Shown here: in pieces, positions 49,275 to 59,095 of the stretch
Position numbering within the stretch: position 1 is the stretch's first letter
Layout of the letters: each line of letters begins with the position of its first letter
IMG/VR virus record: IMGVR_UViG_2740892439_000009
From: a virus
Taxonomy: Duplodnaviria; Heunggongvirae; Uroviricota; Caudoviricetes
Direction: 5' to 3' (one strand)
Length of the DNA: 64,000 bases
Translations under genes and position numbers: made by a program
Notes under the pieces: generated by a model
What the model was told of the DNA's origin: nothing
The model's input: only the letters and a program-made list of their open reading frames with translations
The model's database searches: none

Positions 49275-52200
49275 ATGAAGGCACTGATGGTTCGAACTGA
49301 CTTCTCACTTGGGGAGTCGGCTTTAAAAGCAGAAAACGCGGTGAAGATTGCCAGAGAAGCTGGCTACACCGCTGTAATTTCAGCAGATAGCATGAATATT
49401 GCGAGCGTTATTCCACTACAACGTGCCGCTGGTGACGACATGGCGGTTATTTGTGGTGTGAAACTAAACATTGTTGATGATCCCACATACGAGCACCGGG
49501 TTAAACTTGCTAAAGAATCTATGAGATGTATGGAATCATTAGAGCGGGGACGTAACTACTCGTTTACCGCTCTAATTAAAAATGAGCAAGGATATCGCGA
49601 CATCTGCGAACTAATGACGGTGGCCAACACACGAGAACAGTTCTACTTTGTACCGCGTCTCTCGCTCGAACAGTTGGTTTCTACATATGCCAAAGGCAAC
49701 ATCATCCTGCTCACTTCCGACATCGGTAGCGTGTTCCAACGCAACGATTTTGCAAAAATCATAAGCTCACTGATTACAGCGGGCGGGAAAGACAACTTCT
49801 ATAGCGTGGTTTATCCGCACCCTACCCCATTCTACGACCAGATTAACGTCCGGGCGATGAAAGTCGCCAGCGCATTGAAAATAGAGCCAGTGGCGTTCTA
49901 TCCCGCTTATTACGAATCGATCGACGATGCAGACATTAAAGACATTGCGCACATGGTTACGAACAACATAAAAATCGACCAGCCGCATCGTCTGCGTATC
50001 CCCCACCAGCGAGATAACGCCATCAATGGTCGTCGCCATCTCCTTGAGGCGCTTAAAGCCTTCTCCGTTCGCATGGATGTGCCGGTAACAGCTGCAATGG
50101 CCTCAACAACGCAGGACTCCATTATCGATGCCTGCACATGGCGCTGGCATGAATTGCCACCAGCACTGCCCAAGATGGCAGACGACGAACCTGCAACGCT
50201 GATGAAACTGGCTGTTGCAGGGCTGCGTAAACGTCTTACCACAAAAGAGTTTGGATACACACCACCTGCTTCTGAGAACAGGGTTTATGTTGAGCGGCTA
50301 AAGTACGAAATGGACACGCTGACTCGCCTGGGATTCTGTGGTTACTTCCTGATGGTACGCGATCTGATGAATCACAGCCGTGAAACTGGCATTCCTGTCG
50401 GGCCTGGTCGTGGTTCCTCTGCCGGTTCTCTGGTGGCGTGGTGCATAGGCATAACCAACGTCGACCCAATCCGTCACGGTCTTCTGTTTGAGCGTTTCAT
50501 CAACCCTGAGCGTCTCGACTTGCCGGATGCGGACTTGGACTTCAGCCAGGCACGTCGCCATGAGGTGATCGAGTATCTGAATGAACGCTACGGCGAAGAT
50601 TACGTTGCAGGCATTCCGAACTTCACCTATCTGGGCGCGGCATCTGCGCTGCGTGACACTGCACGTATTTACGGTGTCGATGCTGCGGATATGGCGGTAT
50701 CCAAAGAGTTCAAGAATATGGAGGACGACAGCCTGTCTCTGGAAGAGCTGCGCGAGCAACTGGCCAGCCTGGACAAATACGCCACGAAAAACCCGGAAGC
50801 GTTCAAAGCGGCGTGTAAGCTGCAAAGCCTGATGCGTGGTTTTGGTCGTCACGCTGCGGGGATGATCGTCGCTGGCGTTCCATTAGTAGAGCGCACGCCC
50901 GTCGAGCTGCGTGGCAATGCTCGATGTATTGCGTTCGATAAACGTTACTGCGAGGCGATGGGGCTGATTAAGTTGGACGTTCTCGGTCTGGCAACACTCG
51001 ATCTTCTGGATAGCGCGAAACGCTACATCAAAGAGAGTACCGGTGAATACATCAATCTCGACGCTATCCCACTGGACGATCGCAAGGTTCTGGATGGGTT
51101 CGCTGCAGGGTACACGCAGGGCGTATTCCAGCTGGAGTCCGGCCCCATGCGTAAGCTGCTTAAAGATCTGGGCGGTGGCATCGAGCCAATGAGTTTCAAA
51201 ACCGTTGTCGCAACTACCGCCCTCTTCCGACCGGGACCGATTCAATCCGGCATGTTGGATGACTATGTTTCCGTTGCGAAAGGATTTATGACGCCTACAT
51301 CACTACATCCTGTCTTGGATGAACTGACCTCTGAAACAAATGGAGTGATTCTCTATCAGGAACAAACGATGAACGCAACAAGGCTTCTTGCTGGTTTCAC
51401 AATGGCCGAGGCGGATGGTGTGCGTTCAGCAATCGGTAAGAAGAACATGGAAAAGATGAGGAGCATGGGTGAGAAATTTGTCATTCAGGCTCAAGCTGGG
51501 TGGATCGACGTAGAGCTTGAAAATGGCGCAATACAACGGATTCATCGCGCAGAACATTTTAAATGCGAGGACGGTACTCTGAGGACAGTTGAAGAGGCGT
51601 TGGAGCATGGAGTGAAGCTGCCAATGCCAGTTGTGCGCGTTACAACGTCACATCCAGGTCTGTCTGAGACGAAGGCAAAAGAGATATGGACTGCATTTGA
51701 GAAAAACGGAGCCTATCAGTTCAATAAATCACACTCCGTTGCTTATTCTTTAATCAGTTATCAGTCTATGTGGCTAAAGACGCACTACCCTGCTGAGTTC
51801 TTCGCAGCTGCGCTCACCATTCTGGGCGAGGATAAGCATCAGGGGCTGGTGAAGGATGCGCTGACCTATGGCATTCGCGTATTGCCACCAGACGTTAATG
51901 TGTCATCTAACCGAATTGAGATCCGCACACTCGAAGACGGCAGTCAGGCACTGTATGCGCCATTCTCTGCTGTGAAAGGCTGTTCTGAAAATGGTTGTCA
52001 GGCAATTATGCGTGCGCGTGAGAAAGTTGGTGGCAAATTCGAGTCAGTGGCACAATTCGATGAAGCGGTCGAGAAGCGTGCATGTAACAGTCGTGTACGC
52101 GAGTCGCTTCATAAAGTAGGGGCTTTTGCGTCAATTGAGCCAGGCAGTCTGCCAGCAACTGATCCTGAACGACTGCGCGACCAGGCTGAGCTGATGGGCA

Positions 52201-52793
52201 ATCTCATCATTGACGCTGTTAAAGCATCACGTCCGTTCGAAATGAATCCTAAGCGTTCTGCCGAAATCAACGTACTCATGACACGTATGGCGGCTGAAAT
52301 GGGCTTGGGTGAGGAGTTGATACGCCCGACTATTGGTATTAAACCCAAAATCATGATCATTCTGGACAATGCGAACGGCAATGACGCTCGTACCGGCTAC
52401 TTCATGGAGAACGGATACGACGACTTTAAGGCAAAACTACTGACAGTTGGAGATCTGCGCATGGGCGATCTTTATGTCACGGGTGTTTGTAAGAAGGTTA
52501 AGGACAAAGAGAAAGACTATACCAAAGACGAGATAGGCCAGTTCACAGACTTTATGCGGGAAGAAATTAATCTTGTACGACCAACCTACATTTTGACGTG
52601 TGGTAGTCGTTCAACCGCACTATTTAACAATAAGAGTAAACCATCAGATCTGATTGGTCGTAAGGAGTACTTCCCAGAGCTTGATGCAACCGTCTTCTAC
52701 GGATTTAACCCGAATATCCTGTACTTCCGACCGGAAGAAGGAGAGCGACTGGAGGCCATTCTGGCTGATATCGCGGAGACAATAAATAAGTAA
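49275..52793 (+). CDS. dnaE: DNA polymerase III alpha subunit-like (DnaE-type) replicative polymerase
   Basis: 1172 aa; GLIKLDVLGL and GVILYQEQ motifs characteristic of the Pol III alpha core. Confidence 0.75.
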   Translation: MKALMVRTDFSLGESALKAENAVKIAREAGYTAVISADSMNIASVIPLQRAAGDDMAVICGVKLNIVDDPTYEHRVKLAKESMRCMESLERGRNYSFTALIKNEQGYRDICELMTVANTREQFYFVPRLSLEQLVSTYAKGNIILLTSDIGSVFQRNDFAKIISSLITAGGKDNFYSVVYPHPTPFYDQINVRAMKVASALKIEPVAFYPAYYESIDDADIKDIAHMVTNNIKIDQPHRLRIPHQRDNAINGRRHLLEALKAFSVRMDVPVTAAMASTTQDSIIDACTWRWHELPPALPKMADDEPATLMKLAVAGLRKRLTTKEFGYTPPASENRVYVERLKYEMDTLTRLGFCGYFLMVRDLMNHSRETGIPVGPGRGSSAGSLVAWCIGITNVDPIRHGLLFERFINPERLDLPDADLDFSQARRHEVIEYLNERYGEDYVAGIPNFTYLGAASALRDTARIYGVDAADMAVSKEFKNMEDDSLSLEELREQLASLDKYATKNPEAFKAACKLQSLMRGFGRHAAGMIVAGVPLVERTPVELRGNARCIAFDKRYCEAMGLIKLDVLGLATLDLLDSAKRYIKESTGEYINLDAIPLDDRKVLDGFAAGYTQGVFQLESGPMRKLLKDLGGGIEPMSFKTVVATTALFRPGPIQSGMLDDYVSVAKGFMTPTSLHPVLDELTSETNGVILYQEQTMNATRLLAGFTMAEADGVRSAIGKKNMEKMRSMGEKFVIQAQAGWIDVELENGAIQRIHRAEHFKCEDGTLRTVEEALEHGVKLPMPVVRVTTSHPGLSETKAKEIWTAFEKNGAYQFNKSHSVAYSLISYQSMWLKTHYPAEFFAAALTILGEDKHQGLVKDALTYGIRVLPPDVNVSSNRIEIRTLEDGSQALYAPFSAVKGCSENGCQAIMRAREKVGGKFESVAQFDEAVEKRACNSRVRESLHKVGAFASIEPGSLPATDPERLRDQAELMGNLIIDAVKASRPFEMNPKRSAEINVLMTRMAAEMGLGEELIRPTIGIKPKIMIILDNANGNDARTGYFMENGYDDFKAKLLTVGDLRMGDLYVTGVCKKVKDKEKDYTKDEIGQFTDFMREEINLVRPTYILTCGSRSTALFNNKSKPSDLIGRKEYFPELDATVFYGFNPNILYFRPEEGERLEAILADIAETINK

Positions 52794-52798
52794 TAAAG

Positions 52799-52826
52799 AA
52801 AACCCGCCTGTTGGCGGGTTTATAAA
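52799..52826 (+). terminator. Rho-independent terminator
   Basis: AAACCCGCC tgtt GGCGGGTTT. Confidence 0.6.
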
Positions 52827-53096
52827 GAATTATGGCGCTTGTTGAGGAAGTCACTCCTCTTACGCACTTTGTTTTGCCATGCCGGCAGTTAGCTTCTGCC
52901 TTTGACTATTCATGCGGCAACCCCGCATTTCGCCACAATGGGCAATTCACTTTTATGGAATAAACTGGCCGTTGTGTCGATTTAATTAGCATGGCCTTAC
53001 CATGCTAATTTATTCAACTTGTACAATCCTACAAATCTATCCACTCAGGCTTACACCGTCTTCGTTATTGTAGAAATGAGGATCATCAGCGTTGAA

Positions 53097-53312
53097 TCAG
53101 CTTAGAGCAACGACATTTGCTGCTGCTGGGCCTTTAGCCCCATTCTCGATAGAGAATTCGACCTGCTGGCCTTCTTCCAAAGTGCGGAAATTATTACTCT
53201 GAATTGCCGAAAAATGTACAAAAACATCTTTACTGCCATCAGCAGGAGAAATAAAGCCAAAGCCTTTATCAGAGTTAAACCATTTTACTAAACCAGTCAT
53301 TTTATTAGACAT
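53097..53312 (-). CDS. Cold-shock protein (CspA family)
   Basis: [23 protein letters not shown]...VFVHFSAI closely parallels E. coli CspA. Confidence 0.85.
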   Translation of the reverse strand: MSNKMTGLVKWFNSDKGFGFISPADGSKDVFVHFSAIQSNNFRTLEEGQQVEFSIENGAKGPAAANVVALS

Positions 53313-53641
53313 AGATATTACCTTCTTAATTTTGTGAGCCACATAGTGCGGCGAGAATTTGATCTGTATAGATTGGGACTTACTTAGGCACTTAAGGAGG
53401 AGACTCACGAAGAAGGGAAATCAGAAGATAACACTGAACTGAGACTGCTTTACTAAAACTGCTTACATAAGGTCTGTCTTGCAAACCAACGATGCTATTA
53501 ACGCATACCCCTTCTTTTCATGCAACCTTTATTTTTCAAAGATAACTAATTTTTGTCACCATTGGTTTAGTAAACGTTAACGAACCAGACGATGCCAGAC
53601 ACCTTTACAGAGAACAGATGCCCGCCAATTGGCGGGCATCA

Positions 53642-54241
53642 TTATGCGCATTTCGCAATATCTTTGCGGCGTTTAATCAGTTTCTCCGCAATTTGCTCTA
53701 TTTCGTTGAAATCTTTCGAGACGCTGTTTCGAAGCGCCAGATTCCATTTACTCAAAGTTCGGGCATTTTGGACAATTTGATCGCCCTCTTTAAGTCGTCC
53801 GTTATTCATGAGCCATTCAGCCACATCAGCCCAATCCCAGAGAGGAGACTGGCCTTTTATGCGTTGTACAGGGCAAGGGAAGTCGCCGCTTCCGCGCTTA
53901 CCGTCTTTGAGCAACGCCACTGCCTGGCGAGACAGGTCTGTCAGTTCCGCGATATCGCTTAAGCCCACAAGAGCCGAGTCGACGGATTCAACAATTGCAC
54001 CGATACCGGCTGATTCAATATTGTCGACCGCAGATGCGATAGCTGCATCAAGTGATTGTGCTTCGCGGTCAAATTCTACATAGACGGAGTTTCCATATGC
54101 GCAAATTAGCGCATCGTCACAGCCGTTTTGGTACAGCGCGTCTTCCAGTCCTTCCGTCTCATACGATACGCCTGAGAGCGTCAGAGTGAAGTTATAAAGC
54201 GCCATAGTTTTCCTTTGAAGATAGTTGGACAGTTTCTGCAA
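53642..54241 (-). CDS. Putative antitoxin/regulator with C-terminal HTH (HicB-like)
   Basis: Second gene of a two-gene minus-strand operon; HTH-like segment LSDIAELTDLSRQAVALL. Confidence 0.4.
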   Translation of the reverse strand: MQKLSNYLQRKTMALYNFTLTLSGVSYETEGLEDALYQNGCDDALICAYGNSVYVEFDREAQSLDAAIASAVDNIESAGIGAIVESVDSALVGLSDIAELTDLSRQAVALLKDGKRGSGDFPCPVQRIKGQSPLWDWADVAEWLMNNGRLKEGDQIVQNARTLSKWNLALRNSVSKDFNEIEQIAEKLIKRRKDIAKCA

Positions 54242-54265
54242 AAGGCGGCTAATGCCGCCTTGAAA

Positions 54266-54490
54266 TCATTTACAACGATCAACCATTCGTTTGATCTGTT
54301 TGGCATGGTTTTCGGGATTACCCGGAGTCGACCATACGCTCATTTGGTGAGTTTTGTGTTCACCTTCTGGATTACCGCATCGCAGTCTGCAAAAACAATG
54401 TGCAGCACCACCAGCTGCTACCCAGATCCAGCCTTTACTTAATGCATAGTCAATGGCTGCTTGAATATGCTTATTCGGATGTTGCTTCAT
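54266..54490 (-). CDS. Small protein, possible HicA-like toxin
   Basis: 74 aa; GW...AH pattern; GGAGG before ATG; first gene of operon. Confidence 0.35.
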   Translation of the reverse strand: MKQHPNKHIQAAIDYALSKGWIWVAAGGAAHCFCRLRCGNPEGEHKTHQMSVWSTPGNPENHAKQIKRMVDRCK

Positions 54491-54504
54491 TCGCCTCCGA
54501 TAAT

Positions 54505-54540
54505 AGTATTCTATTCACAGTGTTGACATCTGTCAACGGC
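54505..54540 (-). promoter_or_regulatory. Sigma70-like promoter (TTGACA-17-TAGAAT) with overlapping palindrome GTTGACAtctGTCAAC
   Basis: Read on minus strand upstream of ORF 54490; palindrome at 54522-54537. Confidence 0.5.
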
Positions 54541-54744
54541 GACTGAATTTCATCCGTTCATGCCACACCCCCATCCATCTCATGTATGTGACCTAAAGAT
54601 GGTCAGCACAGCTTACCAAAATAAGACAACTAATTATCTTCGGTGATCTCAACATTTTCCCCTGAACAAAGTTGACATGACGCCATAAACCCGTTCTCTG
54701 TTTGATATAATTGATACAGATTTTATAAGTAGGAACTTATTAGA

Positions 54745-55176
54745 ATGAACACTGATATTTTTTCTAAAATCATGGCTGATCTGGAGTTCGACCGCGACAA
54801 CCTTGAGGAAGTATGGCGTAAGCAGCCACGGCTTTTAATGGAGTATGGGTCAAAACTAGCGCTGGCAGATCGAGATGTCGCAGAGGCAAAACTTAACCTT
54901 GAAGCTGTTGAAGCAAAGCTATACGACACAGAGCGTAAGAACTTGAGTATGAACGGCATTAAGTTCAACGAGTCTGTACTGGACGCTAAGGTTAAAACAA
55001 ACCCACAGTATCTGTCTAAACGGCAGAAGTTGGATGAAGCACGGCACATCGCAGACATATACAAACATGCTGTCGCCGCCTTTTCGCATCGCCGAGACAT
55101 GATCGTTCAGGCGTCGAAGATGGCTATCGTTGAATTAGAGCGATTAGGCTCTGAACGCTTTATTTCTCCCCGTTGA
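54745..55176 (+). CDS. Hypothetical coiled-coil protein upstream of SSB
   Basis: 143-aa ORF. Confidence 0.45.
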   Translation: MNTDIFSKIMADLEFDRDNLEEVWRKQPRLLMEYGSKLALADRDVAEAKLNLEAVEAKLYDTERKNLSMNGIKFNESVLDAKVKTNPQYLSKRQKLDEARHIADIYKHAVAAFSHRRDMIVQASKMAIVELERLGSERFISPR

Positions 55177-55181
55177 TTTTT

Positions 55182-55210
55182 GATAGATAATAAGTAAGTA
55201 CTGATCTATC
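55182..55210. promoter_or_regulatory. Intergenic inverted repeat GATAGATAATAAGTAAGTACTGATCTATC
   Basis: GATAGAT / ATCTATC outer arms. Confidence 0.35.
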
Positions 55211-55293
55211 ATTTAACAGCTCGAAAGAGCCACGAATGAACGAAAGCCCAACGCGCATAGCGCCATCGGCCAAATCACAACAAGGAGAAACAC

Positions 55294-56322
55294 ATGTCTA
55301 AGACATTACTTGATTTGCTTAACAAAACTCGTGAAGACATTGCCGCCAAACGTGGCAACAACGTTGATCTGACTCGCTTAAAAGACGGCGTCAACTATAT
55401 CCGCATCTTCCCGAATAAAGACGACCCAAACGGTAAGTTCTTCCAGACTTTCGGTATGCACTACGTTAAGTATCAGAACGAGGAAGGTAAAGAAGCAACC
55501 AACGCTTATATTTGTGAGCAACATACTCACGGTCGCGCTTGTCAGCTATGCGAAATGGTGATGGAAGGTCGCGCTCGTCACAAGGGTAACAAAGCAATGG
55601 AAGAACGCATCGGTCAAATGCGTGCCACTCCTCGCTACCTGGTCAACGGCATTCTTTCTGCTCGTGAGGATTTCGCAGATGCTGAGAAATGCCAGTTAAT
55701 CGAGCTGCCGTCTACTGTATTCGATGATATCTGCAAAGCAATCACCGAAGACATCGCTGATGATATCGGCAATCCACTGAGCAAAGAGGAAGGCTACGCA
55801 TTCCTGATTAAACGTACTGGCTCTGGTCGCGATACCAAATATGACGTCTCGCCTAAGCGTAAAGTCTACAAAGGCGATATCGAAGATAAATTCTGGAACA
55901 CCCAGCATGATCTGATCGCATACGCAAATCAGGCTGATGAAACTCGTCTTCTGTCGACAGTTCGCACTATGGGTCGTCTGATTGGCATCGCTGCACCAAC
56001 TGCCGCAGCATCTGCACCAGCAATTTCCTCAACCGCGAAAACATCGGCTGCGGCACTACCTGGATTTGGCTCTGTCACTGGTCATACAGAAGGAGCGACG
56101 GCTGTAGCAACCGCGCACACACCGGCTTCTGAACCAACCAGTCTGGTTGATGAAGAAATCCTCCGTGCCGTTGAAACTGAATTTAAACCAGAGGCAAGTT
56201 CCGCTGCCGTTGCCGTATCAGTCAAAGAGTCTGAAGCAGTCGCAGCGACATCTGTAGCAACCGCATCTGCGACGGAAGATGAAGGTCTGGATGACCTACT
56301 GAGAGAACTGGACTCTCTGTAA
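55294..56322 (+). CDS. Single-stranded DNA-binding protein (T4 gp32-like)
   Basis: Zn-binding-like C..H.H...C..C cluster; acidic C-terminal tail. Confidence 0.5.
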   Translation: MSKTLLDLLNKTREDIAAKRGNNVDLTRLKDGVNYIRIFPNKDDPNGKFFQTFGMHYVKYQNEEGKEATNAYICEQHTHGRACQLCEMVMEGRARHKGNKAMEERIGQMRATPRYLVNGILSAREDFADAEKCQLIELPSTVFDDICKAITEDIADDIGNPLSKEEGYAFLIKRTGSGRDTKYDVSPKRKVYKGDIEDKFWNTQHDLIAYANQADETRLLSTVRTMGRLIGIAAPTAAASAPAISSTAKTSAAALPGFGSVTGHTEGATAVATAHTPASEPTSLVDEEILRAVETEFKPEASSAAVAVSVKESEAVAATSVATASATEDEGLDDLLRELDSL

Positions 56323-56339
56323 TCCCATTACGTGACCAG

Positions 56340-56368
56340 TAAGGCGTCTACGGACGCCTTACTTTTTG
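56340..56368 (+). terminator. Rho-independent terminator
   Basis: AAGGCGTC tacg GACGCCTT followed by ACTTTTT. Confidence 0.55.
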
Positions 56369-56441
56369 GAAGGAGTGTACCGGTGAATTATCTCTTCGTA
56401 GATGGCAATAGCTGGGTTATTACCACCAACAATCTGACAAA

Positions 56442-57326
56442 TTGCACAACGGCGAAATGGAAGTACAGGCTGCTTTCGGCTTTGTTAAGAACGTCCGTCG
56501 TTATGCCTCCATCCTCCATGCCCGACCTATGATTCTTTGGGATGGATTTAGTGACAAGCGTCGCGACTTTTACCCGGACTACAAAGCAAATCGCGACGAC
56601 GATCCTGATATGAAAAAGATGAAGGAAGGCTTTGCTATCCAGAAGCCATACATCCTCAAAATGATGACCGCGCTTGGAGTTACCCAACTCATTGCAAAAG
56701 ATGCAGAAGCGGATGATCTGGCCGGGCTGCTGGTATCCCGCATGGCACCGCAGCCAACCGTTGAACACATCTATCTGTTAACAGGCGATAGCGACTGGCT
56801 TCAGTTAGTTCGCGAAAACGTAAGCTGGGTAAGCCTGCGCGAAGACGCCAAAAACAAGCAGGTTAATTTTGAGCAATTTGCGGAGCTGACAGGATTCGCT
56901 ACTCCTCGCGCATTTTTGGAAGCAAAAGCATTACAAGGCGATAAATCGGACAACATTAGCGGTGTTGGTGGCATTGGTGCTGGCGGTGCGAAAGAGCTGC
57001 TGCATGAATGGGGAAGTGTCGCAACGATGGTACGCGGCATCAACGACGGCTCAATCGTGGTTGACAAAGGACGCCATAAGACCGCCTTCAACAAACTAGC
57101 GAAGAATGCCTTCAACGAGAAAACAGGCTGTCGAATGCTCGAAGCGTTCAAGAGAAACATCACGCTAATGAACCTGATTGAGACGAAGTTTCCGCCTACC
57201 GAAATCGAAACAATCAAAGGCAATCGTGACGTGAAAGCATTCGAGCAACTGTGCTACGAGCTGAATTTCCGTTCGTTCCTTGAAGACCTTGAAGTGTTTG
57301 TTCTTCCATTCGAAAGGTATTGCTAA
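56442..57326 (+). CDS. 5'-3' exonuclease / flap endonuclease (FEN, RNase H-like)
   Basis: LLTGDSDWLQL and DKSDNISGVGGIG motifs; expected N-terminal motif (NYLFVDGNSW, GTG 56383) lies in a different frame. Confidence 0.65.
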   Translation: MHNGEMEVQAAFGFVKNVRRYASILHARPMILWDGFSDKRRDFYPDYKANRDDDPDMKKMKEGFAIQKPYILKMMTALGVTQLIAKDAEADDLAGLLVSRMAPQPTVEHIYLLTGDSDWLQLVRENVSWVSLREDAKNKQVNFEQFAELTGFATPRAFLEAKALQGDKSDNISGVGGIGAGGAKELLHEWGSVATMVRGINDGSIVVDKGRHKTAFNKLAKNAFNEKTGCRMLEAFKRNITLMNLIETKFPPTEIETIKGNRDVKAFEQLCYELNFRSFLEDLEVFVLPFERYC

Positions 57327-57592
57327 TGCTTAAATCGATTATTAATGGCGCTACAACCACCCCTACCCAACTGGCAAAAGAGATTGTCTTTTATCACGGT
57401 GAATACGCTGTCATCGCACTGCCGTCAATTCTGGGCGCTGCCGGAATGAAAGCGACAGATCGCGAGTTTGGATTAGTCAGCGAGCAGGTCGTAAAAATCC
57501 TCGCTCGTGTATCCAGACTCCTTAATCACGATGCGATTGTATTCGACGAATCCGCCGCTTTAAAACGAATCAACGAAACAAAAGGAGCCTGA
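57320..57592 (+). CDS. Hypothetical protein
   Basis: 90-aa ORF between FEN and RecA-like genes. Confidence 0.4.
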   Translation: MLMLKSIINGATTTPTQLAKEIVFYHGEYAVIALPSILGAAGMKATDREFGLVSEQVVKILARVSRLLNHDAIVFDESAALKRINETKGA

Positions 57593-57594
57593 TC

Positions 57595-58668
57595 ATGGCA
57601 AAAGGAAAATCCGCACTGGCACTTGCTCTGAAAAAGAAAATCGGTAGCAACGACGAAATTCAGAAAGTAACTCATTGGATTGACACAGGCTTTCCTCCGT
57701 TAAACAAAGCTATTTCTGGTCGTTACGATGGCGGCTTCCCATGTGGTCGTATCGTCGAAGTATTCGGTCCTCCAAGCGCGGGGAAAACGTTCCTTGCAAC
57801 AGCAGCGATGATCTCCGCTCAAAAACAAGATGGTCTGGCGGTATTCCTCGATCATGAAAACAGTTTTGACGTTGGCCTGGCTGTAGCCAATGGCCTGAAC
57901 GCAGATGAGGATGACGGTCAGTGGGTATACAAGCAGCCAGATACCTTCGAAGACTCTGTAGAGTTGATCGGCACAATACTTAAATTGGTTCGTGATGAAG
58001 AGCTTATCCCCGAATCAGCACCTATCTGTATCGTGGCTGACTCTCTTGCGTCTATGGTTCCGAACTCCAAAGCCGAGAAGTTCGAAAAGATGGCTGAAGG
58101 CACTGCCAAAGACAAAGATCAGCTAAACATGAACGACAATACGGCACTGGCTCGTGCGACGAGTGCGAACTTCCCTACTCTGGCTTTGTGGGCACGCAAA
58201 TACAACGCCTGCATCATCTTCTTGAATCAGGTTCGCACAAAAATCGGTGTAATGTTTGGCGACCCTACTACGTCGCCAGGTGGAGATTCACCGAAGTTCT
58301 ACGCTTCTGTACGTATCCGTCTTGGTGCATCGGTGATGAAGGATGGTAAAGAGAAGATCGGCCAGGACGTAGGCGCAGAATGCATCAAAAACAAAGTTGC
58401 ACCACCGTATGGCAAATGCACCTGGAAATTCTACTTCGATCCTACTCGTGGCCTCGACGTTATCGAATCGCTCGTCGAGTACATGCTGGAAGAAGGATAC
58501 CTGCCAAAGAACGCCAGCGGGCGAGTTGAAATTGGTGACAAGAAATACACAAAATCGCAGATCGTCGAGATGTATCGGGAGAAGCCACTGGCTGAAATCA
58601 TTGCGGCTTTGCAGGCAATCGACGACCGAAGAGCAAAAGACAACCCCACCGAGTCAGTAGAAGAGTAA
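57595..58668 (+). CDS. RecA/UvsX-like recombinase
   Basis: GRIVEVFGPPSAGKT Walker A region and overall pattern parallel RecA. Confidence 0.75.
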   Translation: MAKGKSALALALKKKIGSNDEIQKVTHWIDTGFPPLNKAISGRYDGGFPCGRIVEVFGPPSAGKTFLATAAMISAQKQDGLAVFLDHENSFDVGLAVANGLNADEDDGQWVYKQPDTFEDSVELIGTILKLVRDEELIPESAPICIVADSLASMVPNSKAEKFEKMAEGTAKDKDQLNMNDNTALARATSANFPTLALWARKYNACIIFLNQVRTKIGVMFGDPTTSPGGDSPKFYASVRIRLGASVMKDGKEKIGQDVGAECIKNKVAPPYGKCTWKFYFDPTRGLDVIESLVEYMLEEGYLPKNASGRVEIGDKKYTKSQIVEMYREKPLAEIIAALQAIDDRRAKDNPTESVEE

Positions 58669-58712
58669 ACACAAGGCGTCCACATGACGCCTTTTTTATC
58701 TCTTGAAAATAC

Positions 58713-58728
58713 ATAAGTACTTACTTAT
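58713..58728. promoter_or_regulatory. Palindrome ATAAGTACTTACTTAT
   Basis: ATAAGTA / TACTTAT arms with 2-bp spacer. Confidence 0.4.
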
Positions 58729-58760
58729 TATTTTCGCATAACAACCACATAGGAAAACAC

Positions 58761-58961
58761 ATGATCAAAATCTATCTATTGGCAGTAGCCACAGGCCTTT
58801 CAGTGGCTCTCATCTACGGTTTACTGGTTCCATCGCTGATTTCTACCAAGAGTGATTTAGCCGTCATGTTTGGAGTTGTCGTTGGTTTTGGCGCTCCAGT
58901 AATCGGTCTTATTGGTGGTCGTAAGTTTATTAACTCATTAATCAAAGCAAAGGGGAAATAA
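58761..58961 (+). CDS. Small hydrophobic membrane protein
   Basis: 66 aa, two hydrophobic stretches. Confidence 0.45.
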   Translation: MIKIYLLAVATGLSVALIYGLLVPSLISTKSDLAVMFGVVVGFGAPVIGLIGGRKFINSLIKAKGK

Positions 58962-59095
58962 GTAATGAAGAAAGGTTTACTTGCAGTTGCTCTGGCGGCT
59001 ATTTGCACAATGGGTCTTACTGGCTGTGATCGCGTGGAGCTGGATACGTTGGCATCAAAGTAAACAAATTAGGTGAAGACAAAGGGATTGGTGAA

